IMG/VR virus record: IMGVR_UViG_3300045988_100792
Direction: 5' to 3' (one strand)
From: a virus
Lineage: Duplodnaviria; Heunggongvirae; Uroviricota; Caudoviricetes
DNA: 31,250 bases
Positions 1 through 8,891 of the stretch are shown in pieces. Under the pieces are notes generated by a model. That model made no database searches. It worked only from the letters and a program-made list of their open reading frames with translations, and had not been told where the DNA came from. A program made the position numbers and the translations under genes. The first letter of the stretch is position 1, and every line of letters starts with the position of its first letter.

Positions 1-99
1 GCTGCGTGGCAGTGGTTTAAAAACCTGATTGCACCGGTCAAAGCCACCCGGGACACCCTGAACCGTTGCCGTGACACGGGCGTCATGTTCGGGCAGGCA
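1..99. repeat. Terminal inverted repeat, left copy (perfect reverse complement of 31152..31250)
   Basis: Reverse complement of nt 1..99 is identical to nt 31152..31250 by direct reading; identity ends exactly at nt 100. On the + strand it encodes the T fragment AAWQWFKNLIAPVKATRDTLNRCRDTGVMFGQA in the wrong orientation for this end. Confidence 0.9.
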
Positions 100-1916
100 A
101 AAGGGGCGCCCCCCCCTGCCACAACCGGCCAGCTAATCACCCCGATAGCAGTCATAACAGCACTGCCAACCGTCGTGAAGATTGCACCCATTGCGCCTGC
201 TGCCGCGATGATGGCATTGATGCCGGTGATAACCGGCCAGGCTACAAGACCAATTGCACCGATGATGCCAATAAGCGCCAGCGCGCCACCGGCAATGATG
301 CCAATGGTTGACGCCAGTGATTTGTTTTTCTGTATCCAGCCGTCGAGTTTTAACACATACTTTGTGGCCGTCTGTGTGAGCTTACGCAGTGCGCCTTCCT
401 GCTGGTCAAACAGGTCTGTCCCTACCGCCTCATAAGCGGACTGAAACTCCTTAAAGTCACCGCCGAGGTTGTCCTGCATGATATTTACCAGCTCGGCAGT
501 CTTCCCGTCTGAGGCTTTAAACGCAGCGGTCAGTTTGTCCAGCTTTCCGGTTGAGGCGGCAGTCATCAGCACGGCGGCGGCTGAGCTGGCCTCCTCCCCG
601 AAAATAGTTTTCATGTATTCAGCCTGCTGGGCAGTACCGAGCCGGTTTTTCTCAAAACTGGCCTGCATTTCTTTCAGAATGGTAAATACTGGCCGGGTGT
701 TTCCCTTGCTGTCTGAGGTTTTCACACCAAGCTCTTTGAGTGCATCCCATGCTTTTCCCGTCGGTGCCTGCAGACGGCTTAACACGGCACGGCTTCCCGT
801 CCCCGCCATTGAACCGGTAATTTTTGCATCATGCAGTGCCCCGACCATTGCGGCGGTTTCTTCAATGCTGACACCGGCATTTTTTGCCACAGGTGCGGCA
901 TAGGTCAGCGCATCGCTCATGCCGTCAAAATCGGCGGCGGTTTTGTTCATCGTCATGGAGAGAACATCCCCGATATGAGCGACCTTATCGTTTGAAAGCT
1001 GAAAGGCGGATTTCATCCCCATCAGCAGGGCGGCGTTTTCTTCCATCGTGCGGCGGTTCGCCAGCGCCATATTCAGCGTGACCGGCGTTGCCGCCTGAAT
1101 GGCATCAACATCCCCACCCGCTTTCGCGATGATTATCTGTGCACCGGCCGCATCATCCGCCGAGGCGGCGGTATTATCGCCGAGCTGGCGCGCCTGTTTG
1201 CGTAGTGCGGTCATTTCGGCGGAGTCTTTTGCCACTCCGAGCACGGCCTGCAATTCTGAGTTTTTCTGCGCAAACTCATAACCGGGCATCAGCAGCTTAA
1301 CTCCGGCCATCGTTCCCGCAGCAGCAATCCCCACACCGGCAGCGCCCACTGAGGCCATATTTCCGGCCAGCTCCTTTCCGGCCTGATAACGCTGTTTTAC
1401 TGCGTTAAGTTTTGCCTGTTGTGCACTGACACGCGCCAGCGCGTCACGCTGTCGGTTAAGCTGTGCGGTGGTTTCACTGATACGGTTTTTCAGTCCCTGC
1501 TCATCATGTGCAAGATTGCGGGTATTAATTCCCACAGCGGCCAGTTCCCGCTGCTGGCGTTTAACGGAATCCGTCAGGCGGTTATATTTCGCCTGTAAGT
1601 CCTCCGCCGCTCGCTTTGCGGATTCCAGCACTTTCGCCTGAGCACGGGTCGGACGTTCGGTGTTTTTAAACTGTGTGGCAAGGGCTTCGGCTTCCTGCCG
1701 TGCCTTTTCAAGTGCATGACCAGTCACGGCGAGCTGTGCGCTGGTCTTGCGGAATCCCTCAATACGGGATGCCTGACCGTTCAGCTCGCGCAGTGATTTT
1801 TGTGTTTCCCGGATATCCCCCGACAGCGACTTACTCGCTGTGCGGATGGATTTAAACGGGCGGGATGCCTGGTCAACAGCCCTGAGCAATACCTGTAATT
1901 TTACATTGTTACTCAT
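100..1916 (-). CDS. T: Tail tape measure protein gpT, N-terminal ~605 codons (partial, runs off window start)
   Basis: Minus-strand frame open from ATG 1916..1914 (MSNNVKLQVLLRAVDQASRPFKSIR...) to the window edge; A/Q/K-rich coiled-coil then Gly/Ala-rich hydrophobic segment typical of tape measure; directly downstream of E/E' as in P2. The + strand ORFs 85..1281 are antisense to it. Confidence 0.85.
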
Positions 1917-2336
1917 TCGTGTTTCCGCTTCGCCGGAGCGCCTTTTCGCGCCATGTGATGAGTTCGGTCAGGCTCATGGGATACAGTTCTGATGGCGGCC
2001 AGTGAAATATCACTGCCACATCCGCCATCAGGTCATCGACCGAGAGATTTTTCGGAAACGTCACTGCACCGAGTTCGGCGACAAAAAACCGACCACCTTA
2101 CCGGCCAGCGCCACAAGGTCAGGCAGTTCCAGTGCGGCGACTTCCTGCTCGGTCAGCATCGGTGCAGTCATGCGCGGCAGCACCTTAATCAGTGCATCGA
2201 CTTCGGAGTTCGCGACCGCAGCCAGACTGACACCGCGCAGCGTCCCGGCGTTAGGTTTCATCAGCGTGACCTGTTCGATAACCTGCTCACCACGTTTGAC
2301 CGGATTGTCCAGGGTAATGACGTTTTCTTTGTTCAT
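1909..2336 (-). CDS. E': gpE+E' -1 programmed frameshift product (about 142 aa)
   Basis: Slippery T-TTT-TTG on the minus strand at 2088..2082 (codons G-F-L of E). Hand translation of the -1 frame from there gives VAELGAVTFPKNLSVDDLMADVAVIFHWPPSELYPMSLTELITWREKALRRSGNTNE and stop TAA at 1911..1909, overlapping the T start by 8 nt. 85 + 57 = 142 aa, matching P2 E+E' as I recall it. Confidence 0.75.
2061..2336 (-). CDS. E: Tail assembly chaperone gpE (91 aa)
   Basis: 91-aa ORF MNKENVITLDNPVKRGEQ... between tube gene and T; same length and position as P2 E; carries the slippery heptamer near its 3' end. Confidence 0.88.
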   Translation of the reverse strand: MNKENVITLDNPVKRGEQVIEQVTLMKPNAGTLRGVSLAAVANSEVDALIKVLPRMTAPMLTEQEVAALELPDLVALAGKVVGFLSPNSVQ

Positions 2337-2392
2337 GGTTTTCTCACTTCTGAATCGGGGTTAACCGGTCAGCCAGGCTGACCGGATGACAA

Positions 2393-2911
2393 TTACAGGC
2401 CGATATTGCGGCGGTGTTGCCCCAGCCGGTCGACGCCGTTCACCTTCTCAATCATGTTGATGGTGTCGATTTCGACCAGCTCCTTACCGTCCATCGTCAG
2501 CCGGAAATAGGTGCAGACCACGGAGATTTTCGACTCGGTGTCTTCTCCCTGTTTACCCTCGCCGGTGTCGATTTCTTTCTGACGTCCACGCATGACCACC
2601 TCGACGGCCACCGTTTCGCCGGTATCGTCACGCTGGTAAGAGCCTGCAAAACGAATCGGTACGGCATCCACACCGGTTGCGGCGTAAAGCTCCCAGATAA
2701 CCGAATCCGGGAAGCCACCGAGCGACCACTCCATTGACAGCGCATCATCATCAAGGCCGAGGTCTACCGGTGCGCTGCCGTTCATCCCCGCACCGCGATA
2801 GTTTTCGAGCTTACGGGTCAGTTTTGGCAGCGTGACGGACTTTGCAACGCCCTGATAGCTGTAGCCGTTCAGAAAGACGTTCATTAACTTGAGTTTGCGC
2901 GGCATTGCCAT
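2393..2911 (-). CDS. FII: Tail tube protein gpFII (172 aa)
   Basis: 172-aa ORF immediately downstream of sheath gene; length and position match P2 FII. Confidence 0.88.
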   Translation of the reverse strand: MAMPRKLKLMNVFLNGYSYQGVAKSVTLPKLTRKLENYRGAGMNGSAPVDLGLDDDALSMEWSLGGFPDSVIWELYAATGVDAVPIRFAGSYQRDDTGETVAVEVVMRGRQKEIDTGEGKQGEDTESKISVVCTYFRLTMDGKELVEIDTINMIEKVNGVDRLGQHRRNIGL

Positions 2912-2923
2912 CGGTCAGGCTCC

Positions 2924-4114
2924 TTAATTGCTGTTAACCGAGGTGACCAGATTTGCCAGGTATTTATCGGTAATACGCTGGCGCAGGGTCAGATTTTCAA
3001 GAGGAGGCACCGGGGTATAGTCGTAGTCGATATACAGTTTGCCGGCCTTGAGGGTTTCCGCATCGTTGGACTCTTCGCTGAACCAGCATGTACCATCCAC
3101 GATATAACCGTTGTTTTTCAGTTCACGGAATTTGGCATTGATGCCGTCAATGATGTCGCGAATCAGCGTTGCGGTGATGGGCTTATCAATAGCCCACATG
3201 TGCGCCTCAGCCATCGTGTCGGCCAGTACCTGCGCGGTGCGGGTGTAACTTTCAAAGAGGAACAGCGGATCATCAGAGCAGGTACGGTTACCCCAGAAGC
3301 GGAAACCGTCGCGGCGAATCAGCGTAGTGACGCCTGACTCGTTAAGCAGGTCAGCATCAGTGCCCGGCTTCTGCAAATCCCAGAAGACGGATGCACTGAT
3401 GCCGGTAACACCGTTCACCCCGACGTTGGACAGCGTTTTATGCCAGCCCTGCTCCTGGTCGATTTTAGCGCGCAGACCCAGCGCACGGGCGGTGGCATAC
3501 GCGGTGGCGGTGGTACTGGTAACCGTATCCCATGCGAGGAAATCCGGCCAGATGACCATCAGCTCACGCTGGCTGAAATTCTGACGGTAGGCTTTTGCCT
3601 CGGAAATGGTCTTACAGCCCCATGCGCTGATATACCCGAATGCATTCAGTTCCTGGCATACCGATGCCAGTGCGACGGCGACCTCTTTGGTGTCCAGTCC
3701 CGGCACGCCGAGAATACGCGGTTTAACGCCGGTAACCGACTCAGCGCCCATCAGGGCTTTCAGTCCGGTGTACTGACCGTTTTCGTCGGTGGTGCCGATG
3801 ATATTGGAAACGGTCTGCGCGAGTTTCGTTTCTTCGTCGTCGCCGGTGCCGTCTTCCACACGCACGACAACGGTGACCGGTTTTGACTGGTCAGCGATGG
3901 CCTGCAGCGACGCCGCCAGCGTGCCTTTTTTACCGGCCTTTGCAATTGCGCTCTGCACATTGGTAATCAGCACAGGTTTATTGAGGGGGAAGGTTTCCGC
4001 ATCCGCATCGCTGGCCGTGCAGACCATGCCGACAATGGCAGTGGATACAGTGGAAATGACGCGGGTGCCGTCGTTAATCTCCAGCACCTGCACGCCGTGA
4101 TGATAGTCACTCAT
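2924..4114 (-). CDS. FI: Contractile tail sheath protein gpFI (396 aa)
   Basis: 396-aa ORF MSDYHHGVQVLEINDGTRVIS...; first gene of the FI-FII-E-T-U-D tail operon; length matches P2 FI. Confidence 0.9.
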   Translation of the reverse strand: MSDYHHGVQVLEINDGTRVISTVSTAIVGMVCTASDADAETFPLNKPVLITNVQSAIAKAGKKGTLAASLQAIADQSKPVTVVVRVEDGTGDDEETKLAQTVSNIIGTTDENGQYTGLKALMGAESVTGVKPRILGVPGLDTKEVAVALASVCQELNAFGYISAWGCKTISEAKAYRQNFSQRELMVIWPDFLAWDTVTSTTATAYATARALGLRAKIDQEQGWHKTLSNVGVNGVTGISASVFWDLQKPGTDADLLNESGVTTLIRRDGFRFWGNRTCSDDPLFLFESYTRTAQVLADTMAEAHMWAIDKPITATLIRDIIDGINAKFRELKNNGYIVDGTCWFSEESNDAETLKAGKLYIDYDYTPVPPLENLTLRQRITDKYLANLVTSVNSN

Positions 4115-4204
4115 CCGTTTAACTCCGTGGTTAATGGGTGCAACTATTTTCTGTTGTGCAGAGCATGAGACGCTATTTGACCTGGCTGGTCAGGGGATGA
4201 AACA

Positions 4205-4233
4205 ACAGACAAAGAAAAGGCGGGTAATCCGCC
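4205..4233 (-). terminator. Candidate rho-independent terminator (minus strand)
   Basis: GGCGG / CCGCC 5-bp stem (4219..4223 / 4229..4233) with loop GTAAT, followed on the minus strand by UUUUCUUUGUCUG. Short stem, so weak call. Confidence 0.3.
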
Positions 4234-4624
4234 AGCCTATCCTGATTTGTACTCACTCATTTTCCAACTGACAATTTACATAGCCCAAACGCTATCAAAT
4301 CTGACAGTCTGCTTTGAGCGAAAAGCGGACATTTAGTTGGCCGGCTTAATTAGAATGTAGTGAGGAACTAGGAACTGGGGCATAACCTCGCAACTGCGCA
4401 GCCCACCCCTCTAAGAAAAGGCTCAGTGTTAATTGAACGGCGACGATATGCTTGACGTGCTGAAGACTTTTCAGTCACGCTCTGACAAAATTTTCGATAA
4501 AATTAAATAGTTTCAATGGTATGATAAATAAATACTCTGGAATCGGGGTAAGGCTAGGGTGTCACCACCCCGACTTCCCCGCGGTTAAAACACGCTACCC
4601 TGTATGGTTAAATATTGAGGATAT

Positions 4625-5380
4625 ATGGCAGCAGAAACAGTAGTCACAGATGCAGCAGGTACATTAGATACAGCAATAACAATAATAGGTTTTATTGCCA
4701 CAATAGCCTCATTAGTACTCGCCATTGGGGCTATTTGGCTTTCTTTTGTTTTTTATAAAATGTCGAATGAGGCTTCTAAAGAGACAACTAAAGCAGCAAA
4801 AGACATCCAGGCAAGTGTCGAACGACTGGAAAAAATATTTGACAAGTTATATTCAGATACATTCTCTATGATGAGAGATACGGTAACGGATATGCGTCAG
4901 CACATATGGAAAAAACCCCATGCAGGAAGCTCTGATGAGATTCTCAACAATGAAGAAAAAATAAACAACCTCAAGAACAGCATTAGTCAGGAAATTATTT
5001 GCATCGTTGATGAAAAGCTTAAGTCCAATGGAGATAATGAAACTAAAATCAAAGAGTTAGAGAGTAAGATCAAGAAAGTTCTTGATAGTGGAATACAAAA
5101 AACCATTCGTTCACAAGCAGTACCTACAATCTTAATGCGTCGTAAAGCACTAAGTCTGATAAGGCGATATGAAAAGATTAAAGTGGAAGAACTATTGAGA
5201 AAAATGAACATTCTGTTCTCAGAGGATCATTCTTTTAACGATAATGAGTTCATGGAAGCATTATTTAATCTTCGTGAGAACGGATGGATAACATGGACCG
5301 GCCCCTCCGGAAGGATATCCTTAAACGATTATCTTCTTTACATTGGCGATGGCGAGAAAAATAAAGAGGCCAAGGAATAG
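4625..5380 (+). CDS. Hypothetical membrane-anchored coiled-coil protein (251 aa); cargo gene in the Z/fun-type slot
   Basis: Only + strand gene in a run of minus-strand late genes. GAGG at 4617..4620 just upstream of ATG 4625. Visibly AT-rich versus flanks. One hydrophobic helix TAITIIGFIATIASLVLAIGAIWLSFVFY near the N-terminus, then a K/E-rich heptad-like region and a C-terminal globular segment. No family recognised. Confidence 0.75.
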   Translation: MAAETVVTDAAGTLDTAITIIGFIATIASLVLAIGAIWLSFVFYKMSNEASKETTKAAKDIQASVERLEKIFDKLYSDTFSMMRDTVTDMRQHIWKKPHAGSSDEILNNEEKINNLKNSISQEIICIVDEKLKSNGDNETKIKELESKIKKVLDSGIQKTIRSQAVPTILMRRKALSLIRRYEKIKVEELLRKMNILFSEDHSFNDNEFMEALFNLRENGWITWTGPSGRISLNDYLLYIGDGEKNKEAKE

Positions 5381-5572
5381 CTCGCAAAATTTCGTTATTG
5401 TAAAGAGGCCGCAGTGAGATAGATCCTTGCTGCAGCCATTTTCATGAAGCGAACATTTCTAATGAGCTAGACTTAGCCATTCACTCTGCCCGTTTTTGGC
5501 ACAGAGCGGACTGTCAGATTAGTCTTTACTCTGTGCCATAGATATGTAAGCTCACACCAGAGCTCATACAAC

Positions 5573-6100
5573 TTATTGCGGCATTTCCGGCCATTCAGGA
5601 TTTGCAGGATCCACACGACTGACCAGAACGCTGTAACGCTCCCATGCATCCAGTCGGCTACGCTCCTCATCTGTTGCCATGTTCAGTCTGACCGCGCGCT
5701 CCAGCGGCAAAATCACGGATTCAGCATCTGCAAGAAGTCTGGCTTTCCGAATTTCTGCCTGCTGCTGTAATTCCTCTTCCGTATAAATGCGTTTAATCAC
5801 TTTGCCGTCCTTAAACATCCAGTTCCCTGAAATGTCCGCCCGCCGATTAGCAGTAATATCCGCCACTTCAACCACACTTAATCCATCCGGTCTGATAGCT
5901 GTCACATCCTTTTCCACATAGCGGATAATATTATCTTTGTCGTACGCTATTTTTATCGTGTCATCAGCAAAATACTTTTGTTGTTCGTACCAGTTCTTAC
6001 CATCTTCTGAAAAAAACCAGACAACATCAAAGTCCTTTGTCAATTGATATTGTTCAACCGTTTTTGGATTACCCGCCGTAATATTTTTTAAATGCTGCAT
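5573..6100 (-). CDS. G: Tail fibre assembly chaperone gpG (175 aa)
   Basis: 175-aa ORF directly downstream of the tail fibre gene H; length and position as P2 G. Confidence 0.85.
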   Translation of the reverse strand: MQHLKNITAGNPKTVEQYQLTKDFDVVWFFSEDGKNWYEQQKYFADDTIKIAYDKDNIIRYVEKDVTAIRPDGLSVVEVADITANRRADISGNWMFKDGKVIKRIYTEEELQQQAEIRKARLLADAESVILPLERAVRLNMATDEERSRLDAWERYSVLVSRVDPANPEWPEMPQ

Positions 6101-6103
6101 AAA

Positions 6104-8350
6104 TTATACCTGCGCCACGTTATACCATGTCCCGTTAATGTATTTCTGCACTGGTCTGTAATATACGCCACCAATGTTATCGGCAGAGTTTGAGCCGGTA
6201 TCCTGAACAATAATGCCGGTATATACGCAACCTGACGGAGCCTGATGCGTCCATGTAGTACCATTATTTGCTGGTTTATATGTAGATGCACCGCCCAGCC
6301 GCATGTCTCTCACATAACGTGAATCTGACTCAGCTTTGGTGTATGCACCAACATCTCCCGCTGAGGGTTTTCGTGTTGTGGTATAGAAATCAGACCAGCC
6401 AGATTCAAAACCATAACCATCACGGGCTGACCTGTAAGATATACCGCCATTTTTATAATTCACACGAAACTGTACAGCCGGGCAGCTACCAGCATTTATA
6501 TTAAAGTGAAGAATTAATGCAGATGCTCCCCCAATCAGAGCGTTGTATGCGCCACTGTCCCAATTCCATCCAACGGCTGTATCACCATTAACCGTATTAC
6601 CTGTCTGCCGAAGTGCAAATGCACCGACATTTCTGGCATTAAGGGTAATATCTCCAGAACCATCAAAGGCAACACCTGCTATTTTCCTCGGTGTTTCGAG
6701 TTTTGAGGCTGTTGCAGCATTTCCTGAAAGGTTAGAAATAAATGGATGTGAGCAGTAATAACCGCGCCCATTTTTAAAATCCAGAATAGCCTGTGCGTTC
6801 GTGCTTTCTGTAGCGGGATTAGTTGCCCCCCACTTATATGTCGTTTGACCGACGACATAATCCTCTGTCGGAACAATAACCGTTAGCCCTTCCTCTGCAA
6901 GAATTTGCACAGGGAAAGCTCTGGCTTCAACATAAAAAACACTACATACATCATCATCTTTCAGGCTTGTAACAATGGAATGGATTGAACGCTCATTGGT
7001 CTGATACGTCCAGAAATAACCTGCCGCATATGAACCACGATCAGTCCATCCTCCGGGCATAACCATGCCATTAAACTCGCAGTTATTCATTACATAATCG
7101 CCGTTATAACAACCAGTGGAAATAACGACGCGGGATGCCATTTCTCCTGAAAGGCTGGCAGCACGGCGAAAGATAACGGGATACCACTTCCCGGCAACGA
7201 CATTTGCAGGGGCTGCAAACGAATACTTTCGCATTCCCTTTTTCTTATCCACTTCACCTTTGCTGTAAACATTAATGTTACTCAGGAAGCGTTCTTTATC
7301 AGGAATATCCGCACCGTTCTGATCTTTCTGAAGACGTTTTTCAGCATTGTCATTGGCAGACTTCACCGCTTTTGGTGTTGCGGCCAGCGTTTCAGAATCA
7401 CTGTTGGTGGCGCTACTTAGCTGGACAAGACCTTTTCGCGCTGTGGTGGCATCCTGTGCAGTGTATTTCCCGTTAGCAAGGTCATACGCTGTCTTAACCG
7501 CCTTTGGCGTTGCGGCCAGCGTTTCAGAATCGCTGTTGGTGGCACTACTGAGCTGAACAAGGCCTTTTCGCGCGGTGGTGGCATCCTGTGCAGTGTATTT
7601 CCCGTTAGCAAGGTCATATGCTGCTTTTACCGCTTTTGGTGTTGCGGCGAGCGTTTCAGACGTGCTGTTGGTGGCACTACTGAGCTGGACAAGACCTTTT
7701 CGCCCCGTGCTGGCGTCCTGAGCGGTATATTTTCCGTTAGCAAGGTCATATGCTGCTTTTACCGCTTTTGGTGTTGCGGCGAGTGTTTCAGACGTGCTGT
7801 TGGTCGCACTGCTTAACTGAGTAAAACCTTTGGCGGTCAGCGAGGCGTCCGGGTGACGTCGTGACTGTTCATGTTCTGCAATTTTGTCATCAACATAATC
7901 CTGCGTTGCCATCACCGTTGTGGTGTCAATGGTCAGCTCCACTGAGGCCACACTGCTGACGATGATGACCATACGGCAGGTCTGCGAACGCCCTGAGCCT
8001 TCGGCAAGGGCAGGCTTATAACTTTCGGCCATGTTCGCCACGGCAATTAACGTTCCCGCATCATCGTACAGGCCAAGCTCACGCATCCAGAAACCGCCCA
8101 CCTCCGGCGGAATAACCAGCTCTGCGATAATATAATTACTGTTTCGTTTGTCCTGGCTGATTTTGTTCAGCGCATGTCGCCAGACTTCGTGGATAAGCCC
8201 GGTCTGTCCGGCATCCGGGACAGGCAATTTACCACCGCCATCCCCGACGGCCATCGTGGTAATGTTGACCTTCCGCCCTCCCGGCGCGGTTGCCGCTGCC
8301 AGCTTTGCTGCACCGGCAGTGGTGATAACGGTTCTGAATTTTGTGCTCAT
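6104..8350 (-). CDS. H: Tail fibre protein gpH (748 aa) with internal tandem repeats
   Basis: N-terminus MSTKFRTVITTAGAAKLAAATAPGG... typical of P2-type H; four tandem copies of a 44-aa unit (LSSATNSxSETLAATPKAVKxAYDLANGKYTAQDA...); Gly/Tyr/Trp-rich C-terminal receptor-binding-like region. Longer than the 669 aa I recall for P2 H. Confidence 0.9.
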   Translation of the reverse strand: MSTKFRTVITTAGAAKLAAATAPGGRKVNITTMAVGDGGGKLPVPDAGQTGLIHEVWRHALNKISQDKRNSNYIIAELVIPPEVGGFWMRELGLYDDAGTLIAVANMAESYKPALAEGSGRSQTCRMVIIVSSVASVELTIDTTTVMATQDYVDDKIAEHEQSRRHPDASLTAKGFTQLSSATNSTSETLAATPKAVKAAYDLANGKYTAQDASTGRKGLVQLSSATNSTSETLAATPKAVKAAYDLANGKYTAQDATTARKGLVQLSSATNSDSETLAATPKAVKTAYDLANGKYTAQDATTARKGLVQLSSATNSDSETLAATPKAVKSANDNAEKRLQKDQNGADIPDKERFLSNINVYSKGEVDKKKGMRKYSFAAPANVVAGKWYPVIFRRAASLSGEMASRVVISTGCYNGDYVMNNCEFNGMVMPGGWTDRGSYAAGYFWTYQTNERSIHSIVTSLKDDDVCSVFYVEARAFPVQILAEEGLTVIVPTEDYVVGQTTYKWGATNPATESTNAQAILDFKNGRGYYCSHPFISNLSGNAATASKLETPRKIAGVAFDGSGDITLNARNVGAFALRQTGNTVNGDTAVGWNWDSGAYNALIGGASALILHFNINAGSCPAVQFRVNYKNGGISYRSARDGYGFESGWSDFYTTTRKPSAGDVGAYTKAESDSRYVRDMRLGGASTYKPANNGTTWTHQAPSGCVYTGIIVQDTGSNSADNIGGVYYRPVQKYINGTWYNVAQV
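7362..7860. repeat. Tandem 132-bp repeats inside H (about 4 copies)
   Basis: Near-identical 132-bp units beginning at 7381, 7513, 7645 and 7777 (cggccagcgtttcagaatc... / cggcgagcgtttcagacgtg...), with partial copies at both edges; in frame, giving the 44-aa protein repeat. Confidence 0.85.
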
Positions 8351-8360
8351 TATTCCTCAC

Positions 8361-8891
8361 TTATCCGGGGTAAACCGTAATTACATCGCCGTCGTAAGCC
8401 ACACAACCGGCGAACAGGTAGCCGGGAATGTCCCGGGTAATGTTCAGGCCAATAAGGTGGCGACTTGCAGGTTTGGCATCAGCAATCAGCCGTTCCATTT
8501 CCTGATACATTGCCTCTGTGATGCCACTTTCCAGTACACCAATATCAAGCCGGAAGGTGCCCGGCGGGTCACTGGTTTCCCACCACTCCGTCACGTTGAT
8601 GAGATAGCCGAGCGGCTCCACCACACGCCGGATTGCACCTATAGTGCCTTTATGACAGTGGATGAAATAGGCATCGCGGATAACGGCGCGTTTTGTCGCT
8701 TCCGGCCACTTTTCATCCCACCTGTCGACCGAAAACGCCCACGCCAGCCACGGCAGCAGATTTGCCGGACAGGTGTCCGGGTTCCACAGCTCACGAATAC
8801 TGACCGGCGTTTTTTCAATTTCCGCACAGGCTTTTGCGGCGGCGACCTCAAGCGGTGATGAGCCGGTCGGCAGCAGTCGCGAATCACTCAT
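8361..8891 (-). CDS. I: Baseplate assembly protein gpI (176 aa)
   Basis: 176-aa ORF between J and H; order and length as P2 I. Confidence 0.88.
   Translation of the reverse strand: MSDSRLLPTGSSPLEVAAAKACAEIEKTPVSIRELWNPDTCPANLLPWLAWAFSVDRWDEKWPEATKRAVIRDAYFIHCHKGTIGAIRRVVEPLGYLINVTEWWETSDPPGTFRLDIGVLESGITEAMYQEMERLIADAKPASRHLIGLNITRDIPGYLFAGCVAYDGDVITVYPG

Noticed and set aside
1-99. Reading the 99-nt terminal inverted repeats as transposon or IS ends
   Set aside because: No transposase or target-site duplication; the repeat lies inside the tape measure coding sequence and everything between the ends is one phage genome; an assembly artefact is the simpler explanation.
85-1281. Four + strand ORFs (85..435, 469..903, 884..1081, 1099..1281) inside the first 1.3 kb
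   Set aside because: All are antisense to the long uninterrupted minus-strand tape measure frame; Ala/Pro/Ser-rich low-complexity translations typical of reverse-strand reading of a GC-rich gene; no RBS or operon logic.
1992-2381. + strand ORFs 1992..2381 and 2002..2364
   Set aside because: Antisense to E/E' and the start of T, which are supported by synteny and the frameshift site.
2414-4100. + strand ORFs inside FII and FI (2414..2737, 3327..3584, 3440..3886, 3789..4100) and minus ORFs 2497..2754, 3760..3960
   Set aside because: Overlap the long FII/FI frames on the opposite strand or in alternate frames; no independent support.
8148-8858. 236-aa + strand ORF spanning the H start and the I gene
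   Set aside because: Antisense to H and I; Pro/Arg-rich translation; would break the conserved J-I-H synteny.
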